From assembly GCF_036365525.1 (NCBI RefSeq), contig NC_090387.1:90251691-90315690 (forward strand): DNA of 64,000 bases, given 5' to 3'. The notes beneath the pieces were generated by a model that saw only the letters and a program-made list of their open reading frames with translations, did no database searches and had not been told where the DNA came from. Shown here one piece after another: positions 25,110 to 38,673 of the stretch; the first letter of the stretch is position 1, and every line of letters begins with the position of its first letter. The position numbers and the translations under genes are program-made. The stretch comes from Heterodontus francisci (taxonomy: Eukaryota).

Positions 25110-25670
25110 TTTTAAATTTGTTCATGGGGTGTGGGCATCACTGGCTAGGACAGCATTTATTGACGATCTCCAATTGCCCTTGAGAAGGTGCTGGTGAGCT
25201 GCCTTCTTGAACGGCTGCAGTCCTTGGGGGTAGGTACACAACAGTGTTGTTAGGAAAGAAATTCCAGGATTTTGACCCAGCGACACTGAAGGAATGGTGA
25301 GATCATTTCAAGTCAGGATGGTGTGTGGCTTGGAGGAGAACTTGCAGGTGGTGATGTTCCCATGCATCTGCGGTCATTTTCCTTCTAGGTGGTAGACATT
25401 CCAGGTTTGGAAGCTGCTGTTGATGGAGCCTCGGTGAGTTGCTGCATTGCATCTTGTAGATGGTGCACACTGCTGACAAATTGCGTCAGTCAAGAAGGGA
25501 ATGAATGTTGAAGGTGGTGGATGGGATGCCAATCAAGTGAGCTGTTTTGACCTGGATGGTGTCGAGCTTCTTGAGTGTTGTTGCAGGTGCACCCATCCAG
25601 GGAAGTGGAGAATATTCCATGACGCTCCTGACTTGTGCCTTGTAGATGGTGTACAGGCATTGGGAAGTTG
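25110..25670 (-). mobile_element. LINE 3' end (family of 62695-63425)
   Basis: Reverse complement matches 62930-63420 ('gcagctcaccagcaccttctcaagggcaatt'). Confidence 0.85.
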
Positions 25671-26094
25671 TTGAGTTTGTGCTACTCCCAAGAGCAATTT
25701 CAGCTTTTCACGATAGTGTAAAATGGATGGTATGGGATGGGCTTTTGTTCTTTTCCATTGAAGTTCACTGGGCATAATCGGTAAAAGTTAAAATTACCAC
25801 CTAAGAGCGTTGAACACTGTATCTATCTCAAATCCAAGTAACAGGTAGACTGGAAAATGACAAATAATTGCAGAAATTATCATTCCTATTACACTTGAAA
25901 TAATTGACTTAAATTCATTTCAACAGAACGTTCATGTTCTTAAACCCTAGTTCTCTTCTCTTTTGAAAGGAGACTGACTGGGGATATTATGAGAGTTTAA
26001 ATGATAAAATGTTTGAACAAATTGGAGCCATGTAAGCATTATTATTATTTACAGCGTGTAAACACACGGAGCCAAATCTACAAATTATGTACAA

Positions 26095-28105
26095 CAAGAA
26101 AGGTAAGGAGCAGGAGTAGACCATTCAGACCCTCCAGCTTGCTCCACCAGTCAATAAGATTGTGGATGATCTGATTGTGACCTTAACTCTACTGTCTCTG
26201 TCTGCCCCCATAACTCTTGACTCCCTTGTAAATCTGACTATCTCTACCTTGAATGTATTCAATGACCCAAACTCCACTGCTGGCTGAGGAAGAAAATTCA
26301 AACACTAACGGCCGTCTGAGAGGCCTCCTCTTTCCTAAAAAAAACGCATCACTTCACACTTCTCGGCATTAAATTTTGTCTGTCATTCCCATTTCGCCAG
26401 TCGGTCACTGTCTGTCTGAAGTCTGCCACTATACTCGTTGCTGTTTCAAATGTTACCCTTTGTACTTGAATGGAGGTATATTAAAAAGGTCCAAATACCA
26501 ACACCTGCTTGGGGAAATGGGGGCACCGGTGTCCCATTCCATTCTGAAAAGCAACCATTTGCTATTACTTTCTACTGCGTGTCTGTCTGCCAGTTTCTTA
26601 TACACACTGCTACTGCCTCTTCAATCCCATTTGCTTCAATTTTGTGAATAAGTCTATTATTGGCCACGTTACCAAACATGTTTTGAAAGTCAACATACAC
26701 AACCCTCTCCATTATTTCATGCAAGAACACAACCGAGATAGGCATGATTTACCTTTAACATATCCATATTGATTGTTATATATTAATGCATGGTCTTCCA
26801 GGTGACACTTAATTTTGTCTCAGATTGAAGTTAAGCTGACTGGCCAATAGCAACTTTCCCCCTTGAACACGGGTGTAACTTTTGCAATAGTTCACTACTC
26901 TACCACCTCTGATATATGTTATGAACGACCACTCCAGTCAAAGCCCCCAATCAAAATATATGATTCTGATTTTGGTGGGAGAAACGCATTACTAATTCAA
27001 TCCCGTTGCTCCACAGATCGCCTAACATATTATTTAAAACTTTCCAAACTAAAGAAAAACCCAGCCAAATTGTACCATCTATTAACCCCCGAATGAGGTT
27101 AACCAAATCAGGTGTCCAAATCAACGATTTAACTCTTTAATTCGACGAACCTAATTCTTAAACACTATGAAGATATAAACAACATTTAAAAAAGAGAAAA
27201 AAAGTCCTTGTAAATTTACAGTCCACTGTTGCTTGAAGTCCTCACAGAATGTTGCTTTCCTTCTCCAGCGAGTTTCAGCAATTAACGACTTGCAAACACT
27301 TTCACCATAATCAATCTGACTTTAGAGTTTTTGAGGGATAAAAGATTGTCACAGTCTAACTTCCCTTTCTTGTGTTCAAATTACCAGAGATCTTGTGGTT
27401 TTGGCTTGACTTTTTCCTTTTAGAATTTTGAGAGATAATAATTAAACAGACTAAAATCCTATCCCTTCAGTTTAAATGGTTGACAGCTCTTTTTCCAGGT
27501 GCTGACACCACAGCTGTGCCCTGTCTGTGTGTTCTGCTAGAACAAACTGTCTTCAACTAAATGCCAGTTCAAAATTGAATTGCAACAAATGTTTTGCTTA
27601 CTACTCACTCCCAGTGGCTGTATCTATGGTAACAAGAATGCACCCTTTGAATTGCATTCTCCAAATGGCTGTTTCGAAGGGCAACCGAAAATGCAACTTT
27701 CTATAACTCCTGAGGCTTTCCAGTTCTTAAATCAATACTGATCCTCTGAAAACCTTACAGGCAAACTGCATATTCCCAGAAAGAAAATAACTACAGGACC
27801 ATGGCATATATCAAAGGAGGATTGAACGATTGTGGCTGGAGCCTCCTGTATTGCCAACCTTACATCCCCCAGTAACCTAGAATATCTCCCATCTGGACTG
27901 CGTGATTTTTTTTTACCTTAAACACTGCCAACAGCTTTAGTACCTGTTCTTTATCTATTCTAACCTATCCAAACTCTTCACCCCTTTCTCCTTCACTGTA
28001 ATATTGGCAGCACCCCATTCTTCAGTAAAGGACTCATTTAGTTCCTCAACCATGCCTCCACAAGAAGATGTAATCTATGGTTCGTAATCAGCTTCATCCT
28101 TCCTT
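26095..28105 (-). mobile_element. Decayed CR1 LINE fragments, host of a solo LTR
   Basis: 3' UTR 'ggagcaggagtagaccattc' near 26107; 'gttaagctgactggcc' (RPVSL on minus); CR1 continues across the LTR. Confidence 0.7.
26917..27806 (-). mobile_element. Solo LTR with 4-bp TSD (TATA)
   Basis: tata|TGTTATG...CATGGCA|tata; roughly 70% similar by eye to the LTR at 30057-30984. Confidence 0.8.
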
Positions 28106-30984
28106 TGATAGGTGCTGGCTATGGGTTTATAGGAGAAATTAATACTTTTGATACAGCCAAATCATTTCCTAGGATTCGATCAATTCTTTTTACTTGCAAA
28201 CTGTGGACAACACCTGCAGTTACTATCCCAGACATTAAGTCACTCTCTAGACGTACTTTATATAAAGGTATGGCATATACTCCTGGCCAATCCCATTGAA
28301 TAAAATGTTAGCGATCAAGACACTCTCTGGTGGAAACCTTATATCTTCCACAGCAAGCGCGTTTCAGTTTCTCCTGTGTCCCTGAGTATAATGATAGGTT
28401 TTCCTGTCTCACTTACAGGATATGGAGTTACTTTCCTCTTTGGCAGAAATTAATTCTAACCTTCAGGTATCTTATTCTTAACCTCTAAAATCCTTTTAGT
28501 TTTAGAATCTGGTTTTACAACTGTCGGTAAAGCTATAGCCTGGTCTGCTATACTCTCAGTCAGAGTTCTTTCCTCTGTACTAGCTTTGCATATCCCAACA
28601 AGTCCTATGGGTTTATCTCACAATTTCCAGCATTCTCAACTAAGATGACCCATTTTGTGGCAATGATAACACTTTGGCTTGCGAACCTCACTGCTACCCT
28701 CAGCACCTTCATTTCTGACCTGAGGAGGTCATCCTGGGGCATTCCCAGCTGTTCCTTTTTGTCCCCAGCTGCTTGCTTTCCTTTCACTCTCCCACTTTCT
28801 ATCCTGCTTGGGTTTATGAGGATGATAGACAAAAGAGGTTGGATTATTCACAGACTCAAAATCATCAGTAATTTCCGCTGCTTGCCTAGCTTTCAAAACT
28901 TTCAGGTTATCTGTATGAGTTCTCACTAGCGAAGGAACTGAGTTTTTGAATTCTTCCAAAAGAATCAATTCTCAAAGGTTCGCATTTGTGGTTTCCATCT
29001 TGAATGTCCATATCCGACGTCAAAATTAATTTGCTTCATTCTATCAAATTCTAAATATGTCTGCCCAGCCAATCTCCATAAGTTCTGAAACATCTGACAG
29101 TAAGCTTCAGGAACTAACTCACACTCAGTGAGAATATCCTTTTTTGCCATCTCATAATCTGCAGAAGCCTCTGCAGGAAATATGGCATAAACTTCATGAG
29201 CTCTGCCTACCAACCTACTTTGCATAAGCATAGTCCAGTTTTCTTTCAACAATTCCACCTGTTCGGCTATTTTTTTCAAAAGATATGAAAAATGCCTCTA
29301 CATCCCTTTCTCGAACTTAGTAAGAGCCTGTATAAATTTAAACTTTTTGCTGGGTCCTGAGCTGATTTCAGCTTCTTCCTGGCCTGCATTTTCCATGGAT
29401 TCAAGACTGCCCTTTTGTCTTAATTCCATCTCTTTTAACTTAAATTCCCTCTCTTTCTCCATTTCCTCCGATTCAAGTTTTTTTCATCTATAACTGAATC
29501 CTAGCCAATACCACTGCTTCAGTCTCTGACCTACTACTTTCTTGTTCCTTGTATTCACTTTCATCATCTTCTTCTTCTTCCTCTTCTTTTTCCTCTTCTA
29601 ATTCCATTATCTCTGCTTTTTTGGAACTAAATTTCAATTCCAACCCCAATTTGGCTGCCAATTTATTTTTTAATTTGTTCTTGGTCAAGTCACTCAGGGA
29701 AACACTCTGCTTTCCCAAAAACTCTGTTGCATCCGCTAATGCCATTACTATGGTATAGACTGTACCTTATTTTACAAGAAACCAGGTTCCCTTTATTTCT
29801 TTATAATTGGTGTTAGATTTAGATCCCAAAAATCGAGTTTCCAATTGATATGATCTCAGATGATAGAAAAATTAATATCGTGACAGAAGCAAGACCCCAA
29901 TTTGCATGTTATCCCAGAAATGACCAATTAATATCATTCCAAACATGAGCCCTCCAAATTAGCTGATTCTGATCCCAAAGGTGAGCCACCTAATTAAATA
30001 CGATTCTATCGATGTGTGGCTATGTTTGTACATCCTGGACGAGCCTTCAGTTAATATGTTATTGCACGACCGCTCAAGACAAAGCCCCCAATGAAAATAA
30101 ATGCTTCTGATTGCAGAGGCAGCAATGCACTGTCAATTCAGCCCTGTCATTCCACAGGTCGCATCATACATATCTTTAAGCTTTTCCAAATCAAAGAAAG
30201 CAGCAGCCATTTGAACAATCTAGTAAACACCAGCCAGGTATCTTTAGATATCAGCAAATTAAATGTTTATTCAAAAAATCAAAATATTAACAACTACTGA
30301 GATAAACCAATATCTAAAGATCTTATAACTTATTTTTTAAAACTAGCACCCGCATTTGCATACATATACTTAAACTAACAGTATATTTGTTGTTTAATTA
30401 GCTGCCTGAAAAAAATAGAAATAACAATGGAATCTTTGCAGATTTATGTTCCTGACGAAATGGAATCTTCAATGTAAAAACAGTTCAAGGTTGCTTGAAG
30501 TCTTCACTGTTGTCCGATGGGGGGAAAAAAACAAATTCTTCAACCATAGGAAATTCAGCAGTCCAGTTCAGCAGTTGAAGTGTTACTCTTCTTTTTCAAG
30601 TGATACACACAGCAGATCAGCAATAATTGGTTATTTTATTTTAAGGAACTAATCTGGCTGGAATCTTTTTAGAATTTTGAGCGATAAATAAATAAACTAA
30701 ACTCTCTTGCTTCGGTTTAAATGGCCTAAGAGTGCTCCTTTCTCCCTTCAGTTGCTGGCATGCAGCTCTGTCAATCAAAACAATTTTTTTGCCAGCCAGT
30801 TTCAAAGTCAAATGGCAACATTGTATGTCCTGTTCTCCCTCTCTATATGGCTGTATCCAGGCAACCAAGATGCACTTTCACTCGGTAACTTCTGAATCTG
30901 GCTGCCTTAAAGAAGTGCACATCTTTTGCTGCCTTGGAGACACACCGCTATATTTCTGGAGGGAAAAAAAACTTGATCATTACA
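28106..30984 (-). mobile_element. Gmr1-like Gypsy element, 3'-truncated (5' LTR, PBS, gag, protease)
   Basis: LTR 30057-30984 (TG..CA); gag 'MALADATEFL...LVPEAYCQMF...ILLEEFKNSVP'; protease 'KPIIILRDTG' at ~28370-28400. Confidence 0.85.
30032..30049 (-). promoter_or_regulatory. tRNA-Pro-type primer binding site
   Basis: Minus strand TGAAGGCTCGTCCAGGAT vs canonical TGGGGGCTCGTCCGGGAT (3 mismatches), 7 nt inside the LTR end. Confidence 0.75.
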
Positions 30985-32444
30985 GTACAAAAGATACATA
31001 TAATAGAAATTAAGGCATAAAAACAGTCCATTCGGTCCAATGCGTCTACGTATGTCTTTATGCTCTACTGGAACGTCCTCCCACCGTATCTCACCTCACA
31101 CTATCAGCATATCCTTCTATGCTTTTCTTCCTCACGTAAATCTAATTGCCCCTTAAAATATAGAGACAGCTCCACTTAAACACAATGAATGGCTTTGAAA
31201 TAGAGGGAAACAGAACAGCTAATTTTTGCACAGCAAGGACCCACAAGCAGCAATGAGATACATTATGATAGAGCTATCAGTTCTGATTAAAGTTAACAGA
31301 CCTGAAACGTTAACGTTGCTTCTCTCTCCACAGATGCTGGCAATTCTGCTGAGTAATTCCAGCATTTTTGTTTTTATTTCAGATTGCCAGCATCTGCAGT
31401 ATTTTGCTTTTATTTTAGTTGTTTGTGAGACTTCGTTTTGCTCAAATTAGCTGCTGCGTTTCTCTACATTTCAAAGCATTTTATTGATTGTAAAGTGGTT
31501 TGGGACGTCATGAGGTGGTAGAAGGCACAGTCTTGTTGCTTCTTTATCAGCGTTGAAGCAAAGTTTTATTTTATTATTGTTGTTACCGTTAGACTTGACT
31601 ATTCATACACACGCTGGCCAACCTTCCATTTTCCATCTTGTATAAGCTAAAGTTCATCCAAATCTCTGCTGCCTGCGTCCGACTCGCATCACTTCCACTT
31701 CAACCATCACACCTGTGCTCACTGACCTGCACTGCCTCTTGGTCAAGCAATACCGCAGATTTCAGATTCTACGATAGCGTTTCAGGTCTCTGTGACCTTT
31801 CAGCAGAACTGGCAAAAGTTAGAAATGTAATAGGGTTTGAGCAAGTGGAAGGGGAAATGTTGGGGGGTGGGGGAGGGAGCGGTTAGTCAAAGAACAAAAA
31901 GCAAGATCCCGCCGGCGGAACCAATCAGCCCACAAATGAGCATTTAATTACGCAGATTTGTTATCCACCTCTACCGGCGCGAGTAGCCTCTGCAGGTGCT
32001 GAACCACCTCCGGGAAGGTCGCCCAGAGGTGGAAACGCCTGAGGCCACTGACCCGATGAGTCTTTCTCGAATTCTGCCCGGTCTCCTTGGGACCAGGAAT
32101 ATTCTGCTCTAAGTCCACCATGGTGAGCACCTCTTGCTTAGTGTCTGAAAAGATGAGAATATATGCAATCGCAGATCTGTTGGCGGGGGCAAATTTGCTT
32201 TGGCCAAGTCCATCCTCAATAGGCCTTAACACAGGTGGGAAACCGAAAAAAAAATGTTCGAGTAGCTTGTGGAGGAGCAGAGCTGACATGTCAATCTCAG
32301 GACAAGGAGTGACAAGCGATTCATGACACAGCTCCTGAATTTCGATGGTGTTCTAATCTCCTTCAGCAAATTCGGTGGAATCTTGGTGGACATCCTGGAG
32401 AAACAGAATGAATTGTCATTTTCAGTTCTTCGCCACATCACTTA

Positions 32445-35150
32445 AACATATTGTATTATCAGAACAGCCCTTGCTGAGGCCGCAGGCAGCAGCAGGGCTG
32501 AAACCATTGAAGATGATGATACCTCATACTTAATATTCCTCACATCCCACTTCCTCCTCATTCAAGATCATGCATCTCTGAGTTTTCCCTCCCTCCCTAC
32601 ACCACAGCCTTACCTTTGCACCATTTTCCTTTCAGGTGTCCGGGGTGTACAACACAGTGTTGGAAGACCTAGCAGAGAGCAATTATGAAGACACAGTACA
32701 GTCACTAGATTTCACATTCACAGTCACCAGCTTAGCTATTGACATTGCACGAGTCCTAGAGGATAGATTAGAAGTGAAATCTGAACATGGGGAGATACTG
32801 GGCACAAGTGGACTCCAGCAAAGGCAGGCAAAAAGGAAAACACAAGTGGCAGCTCACTGGAGAGTGAAGTTGCATACGAGATATGCTACAGAGGAGTTAA
32901 ATGAAGATTTTGATGGGCCAGGCTACAGAAGGGGTTTGGTAGGTATACAGAACGAATGTTTGGTGCACGAGGATGCCTAGCAGCAATTCAATGTCAATGA
33001 CCAAGGAGGAGTCCAGCACCAACCTGGCACAGGGCTATGAGCAGAGATTGGAGTCAATCCTTTCCAGCATAGAAATAGTGCCAACTTCATCAGCATACTT
33101 CTGGACTCAACAATAATGCAGCGTCTAATGCAGCCCGTGTTTCAGTATCCATTGCAAAATATGCAGCCTCCACCAAAAGTATGAATGCTGCAGTGGAAGC
33201 TCAGACCGAGGCCATGCAATTCCAGCTTGCTACCATGCCAGCTCAGACTCAGACTGCTGCCGTCAACGTTCAAAGGGCCTTGCAGGATATCACAGTGGTC
33301 CAGCAATCTTTCCTCCAACAGATTACTAGGAATGCTGAGACGACCCTAGGGAAAAAGCAATGGCTCCAGGGAACAAGAACTGCTGCTCTTCCTCAGGATG
33401 ACATCGCTCGCCCTTTCAGCCACCCAGTGCCCTTGTTGCTGCCTGTCTGCCAGCCAGCCCAGGTTTCCACCAACCATGTCGATTTGGTACCACCTGAAGT
33501 ACCACCTTCAAGGTTCACAGCTGCTCGAGATCGTCCTCCAAGGCCTTTGCAGTATTCTGCATACAAGGTGAACAACCTTCCACCAACCATTGGGAAAGCA
33601 CTGCGTAGGAGAACTAGCACAGGTAAAGGTACCTGCAAGACAAGTATTAAGGGAAGGCACAAGAGTGATTAGCTTAAGTTTCTGTGCAATATTTCATGGC
33701 TTCATCTATAAATTGGGTCTGAAATGTTTATTTTGTGATGGCATTTATTTTTGCCTTGTGGCCAATAGGACGGTGTGAAAGTCAGTGAGGGATTGAAGGT
33801 ATGGAATGTGGGACTGTGGTGAATGTGGAATTGGGGTTGCAATTGCAGGTATCACGCAGATATCACAGGTATGAATATCAGAGTTGTCCATGTTAAGCCT
33901 GAACAGAAAGGCGTTGTCTAGGTTGTTGCCTCCCTTCCTCTTCTCATACTTTGCCTACCCCTCCTTTTCCTCGTGATTCTTCTACTCAACTTCTTATGTG
34001 ATAGCTGGTGGCAAGAGCTGCCACCTCATGATATGCAGTATGCAGCACACCACCATGAATCTTGAAGCCTGCTTAGCCAAATACTGCTCTAAAGCTGTCC
34101 AGGCAGTGGAATCGTTGTTTCAGTACATCAAAGGTCTGCTCTATTAGATTTCTTGTAGCAGCATGGCTCTCTTTGTATACACACTGCACAAATGTGCATG
34201 TATTGTGAACCGGAGTCAGGAGCGATGTCGTCAGCAGATACTTCTGCTCATCCAATAGCCGTACTTTGATTTCTCCTGATGACTGAAATATACCTGACAC
34301 AATAGATTGCCATTGAATGAAGACATCATTGCTGTTGCTAGGATCCCGGGCATTGACATATATGATGCGCAACTATGATCACACATCAGCTGAACATTGA
34401 GGGACTAGAATCCCAAAGCATTGTGACTGCAGTTACTGGCAGCCTGCACCATGGGGAAGCCTGTAATTCATGGGAACTCTCGTGCTCACTCTGCCAGCTT
34501 GCCTCTGAAATGAAATTAATTACTTTTGAATAGAGATTATCAGTGACCTTGCTTATGCAATAGTGGATTGCAAGTGGTGATATTTTACTAAGATCCACAA
34601 CACCAGCCTGGGAAGAGCCAGATGCACAACAGTTCATTGCCATAGTCAGCTTCAAAGCTAATTGCAATGTGGTCCTTGCCCTGCTTTGAGGTTGCAGTTG
34701 TGGCTACAGCACTCGGCATATTTCAGTGTTGACCTCCTTAGACTGCTCTTGCACTGTTTCTCATTGAGGTTCAGGTAGGATAATTGCTCTCTGAACACTC
34801 TGGGCAGGTATGACCTTCTGTTGAGACCCCTTCGCCCCCACCCTCTTCCTTCTCTCTTTCCCAGCAGCCTGTCCGGCTCTGCGTGGTCTCTTCTCATTTT
34901 CTTTGTCATGCTCTACTGCATCAGGAAGGCCTACTAGTTCACCCATGCCTGAAAGAAGAATAGTTTGTGCAGGAGTCTTGAAGTCAGCACTAAGTACTTT
35001 AGCACATGCCACATCACTCCCTGCAGACTCTTGAAGCTTGAAACAATTATGGACAAAATGGGGAAGTTTTCGAGTTGTAGCAACAACAAAAAGAAATCAG
35101 GCAGCAACTAACTTGTAAGTAGTTGATGATCCCTGTAAAAGTCCTGGTGG
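32445..35150. mobile_element. PIF/Harbinger DNA transposon remnant: HARBI1-like transposase (minus, ~33900-34950) convergent with accessory-gene exons (plus, ~32636-33672)
   Basis: 'ALKLTMAMNCCASGSSQ', 'HYCISKVTDNLY', 'HAATRNLIEQTFDVLKQRFHCLD'; many frameshifts; acceptor tttcag before 32636. Confidence 0.78.
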
Positions 35151-36252
35151 ATGGGACTTTCCTGCTGTTTAAAGACTGTTTCGTTGAGTGATGCCTAAAA
35201 GCAGGCATTGGTTGGACCGTTGAGCTCCAATATGCAGAGTTATGGGGAATAAACTGGACAGCTCTTTCAAAGAGGCTGCACAGGCACGCTGGGCCAAACG
35301 GTCACTTTCGATCCTGTAATGCTCTCCGCTTCTGTCTGAAATCTTACCTGTGCTGGGATAGGTGACAGCCTGCGGCAGGTCCTGTGGGAACCGATAAGAG
35401 GGGGAAAAAAACCTCCTAGAGTATGTCTTCATCAATCCACCAGTCACAGATGCATGTGCCTGGTCTGCATACTTCCGGCAGACGTCCACTGCCTACAATC
35501 TAACACCTGCACCAAGATGGTTTTTGACATGCTTTGCATCACAGGTGTGCACGCGTGTTGCAAAGGCCATTTTGCACCTAGCGGCCAAAAAGCGAGCGTT
35601 ATTGAGCCCAATTTCTCGCCCAGCATGGCTCAGCCATTGGTTGAAGAGGCACACTGTTGCTTGGCCTGTTCACGCACACCAGAGAACCCCTGTTGAGGGC
35701 AGCATACTGTAAATGATCACGTGCAACCCTAAGTTGCCGCCCAAAACTTCATGAAACCTCTGTGGACAGTTGTAAACGTAATGAACAGCGAGAGCCGCTC
35801 TTTTGTTCGTGACCGCAAAATTGGGGGACATGGTTTTCATACACTTCACTGTGGGGATGGATTGATGCATTACACACTGACAACCTGGTGACTATCTTTC
35901 CATTGTCCCTCTCCCTCTCAATCAGACCTGTGTCAAACGTTCCTCCCTCCCTGCATCTGTCCATGACCAATAGATGCATCAAGGAATCTGTGGGTCACTT
36001 TGTCCCCTGTACATGTGATCCGAGATTATTTTTCGATAAACCTTTGTTGTTTTTGTAGGTAGACAGTGATATTTGTGGCTGTGCTCCGACGTTTGAAACA
36101 TCTGTAAGCCATTAAATGCTGTGACAGACTAGCTCACCCTTCTCCCAACCCGTTATCGACTTTGTGCACTGAGCCATTTCCGAGTTTGGATGAAATATGA
36201 GAAAGATCGGCATTGCTGATAATATATTTATAGTAAGAATCACCGAGCATTT

Positions 36253-36958
36253 CTTTTGGGCCTCCTTATCTCGAGAGACAATGGATACGCGCCTGGAGGT
36301 GGTCAGTGGTTTGTGAAGCAGCGCCTGGAGTGGCTATAAAGGCCAATTCTGGAGTGACAGGCTCTTCCACAGGTGCTGCAGAGAAATTTGTTTGTTGGGG
36401 CTGTTGCACAGTTGGCTCTCCCCTTGCGCCTCTGTCTTTTTTCCTGCCAACTACTAAGTCTCTTCGACTCGCCACAATTTAGCCCTGTCTTTATGGCTGC
36501 CCGCCAGCTCTGGCGAATGCTGGCAACTGACTCCCACGGCTTGTGATCAATGTCACACGATTTCATGTCGCGTTTGCAGACGTCTTTATAACGGAGACAT
36601 GGACGGCCGGTGGGTCTGATACCAGTGGCGAGCTCGCTGTACAATGTGTCTTTGGGGATCCTGCCATCTTCCATGCGGCTCACATGGCCAAGCCATCTCA
36701 AGCGCCGCTAACTCAGTAGTGTGTATAAACTGGGGATGTTGGCCGCTTCAAGGACTTCTGTGTTGGAGATATAGTCCTGCCACCTGATGCCAAGTATTCT
36801 CCGAAGGCAGCGAAGATGGAATGAATTGAGACGTCGCTCTTGGCTGGCATACGTTGTCCAGGCCTCGCTGCCGTAGAGCAAGGTACTGAGGACACAGGCC
36901 TGATACACTCGGACTTTTGTGTTCCGTGTCAGTGCGCCATTTTCCCACACTCTCTTGG
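36253..36958 (-). mobile_element. RTE-clade LINE 3' end, young
   Basis: ORFs 36708-36950 and 36303-36701 in the same frame separated by one stop; C-terminal CSTCGRACHSRIGLYSH. Confidence 0.92.
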
Positions 36959-37109
36959 CATTGGTTGGATAGTTATTCGTAGTCTATCTGGTTAATCTAC
37001 ATCTGGAAATTCTATACGCCCTGCCCTAAAATCCATCATTTCCGGACCAGCCCATGCCCTTTTCATTACAGCCTTCCTTAATGTAGGAGGTCCTGAGGCA
37101 AGGCCGATC

Positions 37110-38260
37110 CAGCTGCTGTGTGTAATGAAACCGGGCAGACCACCTGGCATCAACTTGGGAACCGGAAATGGCAATGGCACACCAAACCCTGCAGAATCCT
37201 CCTTACTAACATCTGGGGGCTCATGCCGCAATTGGGAGAGCTGTCCCACAGACTGGTCAAACAACAGCCTGACAGAGTCATACTCTCAGAATAATATCTT
37301 ACAGCCAATGCCCTGGACACCACCATCACCATCCCTGGCTATGTCCTGTCCCACCAGCAGGACAGACCCTGCAGAGGTGGCAGCACAGTGGTATACATTC
37401 GGGAGGAGTGGCCCTGGGAGTAATCGTTAACATTGAATCTAGACCCCATGAACTCTCGTGGCACGAGGTCAAACATGGGCATGGAACCCTGCCGATTATC
37501 ACCTGGCAGATGCACTGAGGGTCCATGACCAAAAGTACATCAGTAGCACCGCTACTGACTGAGCTGGCCGAGTCCTGAAGGACATATCTACCAGACTGGG
37601 GCTGTGGCAGGTGGTGTAGGAACCAATAAGAGAGAAAAATATGCGAAAGTATGTCCTCATCAATCCACCAGTCGTAGATGCATCCATGACTGTATAGGTA
37701 GGATTGACCAGCACACAGTCCTTGTGAAGAAGATGTCCTGCCTCCACACAGAGGATATATTCTATTGTGTTGTGTGGCACTAGAACCATACTAAATGGGA
37801 TAGATTCAGAACAGATCTCGCAGCTCCAAACTGGGCATCCAAGAGGAGCTATGGACCATCAACAGCAGCAGAATTGTATTCAACCACAATTGCACATCCC
37901 TCATTCTACCATTACCATCAAGTCAAGGGATCAACACTGGTTCAATGATGAGTGTAGAAGGGCATGTCGGCAGCAGAGCCAGGTATACCTAAAAATGAGG
38001 TGTCAACCTGGTGGAGCTACAACACAGGACTATTTGCATACCAAACAGCGGAAGCAGCATGCAATAGACAGGGCTAAGTGATCCCACAACCAACCAATCA
38101 AGTCAAAGGTCTGCAGTTCTGTCACATCCAAAACTATGGGTGTACCCGTACCAGATGGACAGCAGCGGTTCAAGAAAATGGCACCACCACCTTCTCAATG
38201 GCAATTAGGGGTAGGTAACAAATGCTGGCCTTCCCAACAATGCCCACATCCCATGAAAGG
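37110..38260 (+). mobile_element. Internally deleted LINE (family of 22475-23060 and 62695-63425), directly upstream of gene B
   Basis: EN 'tcctgtcccaccagcaggacagaccc', 'HWFNDECRRAC', tail 'ttctcaatggcaattagggg'. Confidence 0.8.
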
Positions 38261-38278
38261 ATAAAAATATTGCGAGCG

Positions 38279-38292
38279 GCGCCCTCTTCTGG
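38279..38292 (-). promoter_or_regulatory. CTCF-like motif ~170 bp upstream of the gene B start codon
   Basis: Minus strand CCAGAAGAGGGCGC vs consensus CCASYAGRKGGCRS (1 mismatch) in a CpG-retaining patch. Confidence 0.4.
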
Positions 38293-38457
38293 CGGATTTA
38301 CAACTGTTTCAGCAAAGGGACAACCAAAATATTTTCTGAACCCATACACAGGATGTTTCGCTTCTTTGAGGTGTTTGTCGCACTCCGACCCTTCGGCATT
38401 CTTACAAACCATCAGCCACTTCATGGTCTGTCGTTCCGAGTGATCAAGTGATTCAGA

Positions 38458-38512
38458 ATGTTAGCGAGTGTTGTACTTCAGTGCCTCTCTGTTTTGGGGA
38501 TCATATTCACAG
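38458..38512 (+). CDS. Gene B exon 1: signal peptide MLASVVLQCLSVLGIIFT
   Basis: agaATG, hydrophobic core, phase-1 donor AG|gtaaca; not in the ORF track. Confidence 0.82.
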
Positions 38513-38673
38513 GTAACAGTTCCCTCTATATCTTAATTTCTCGTTAAACCTGGCATTTATTTAGCTTTCCTTTGATATAACATGTTTCATTTTCCTTTGT
38601 ACATATTCCCTGATTCCCTTATTCTCGCGCTTTTCCTTCTGTAATACTATCTCATTATCATATTTTCCGATAG

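Noticed and set aside
26917-30984. Single intact provirus bounded by the LTRs at 26917 and 30057
   Set aside because: LTRs only ~70% alike, the left one has its own TATA TSD, and CR1 sequence lies between it and the protease
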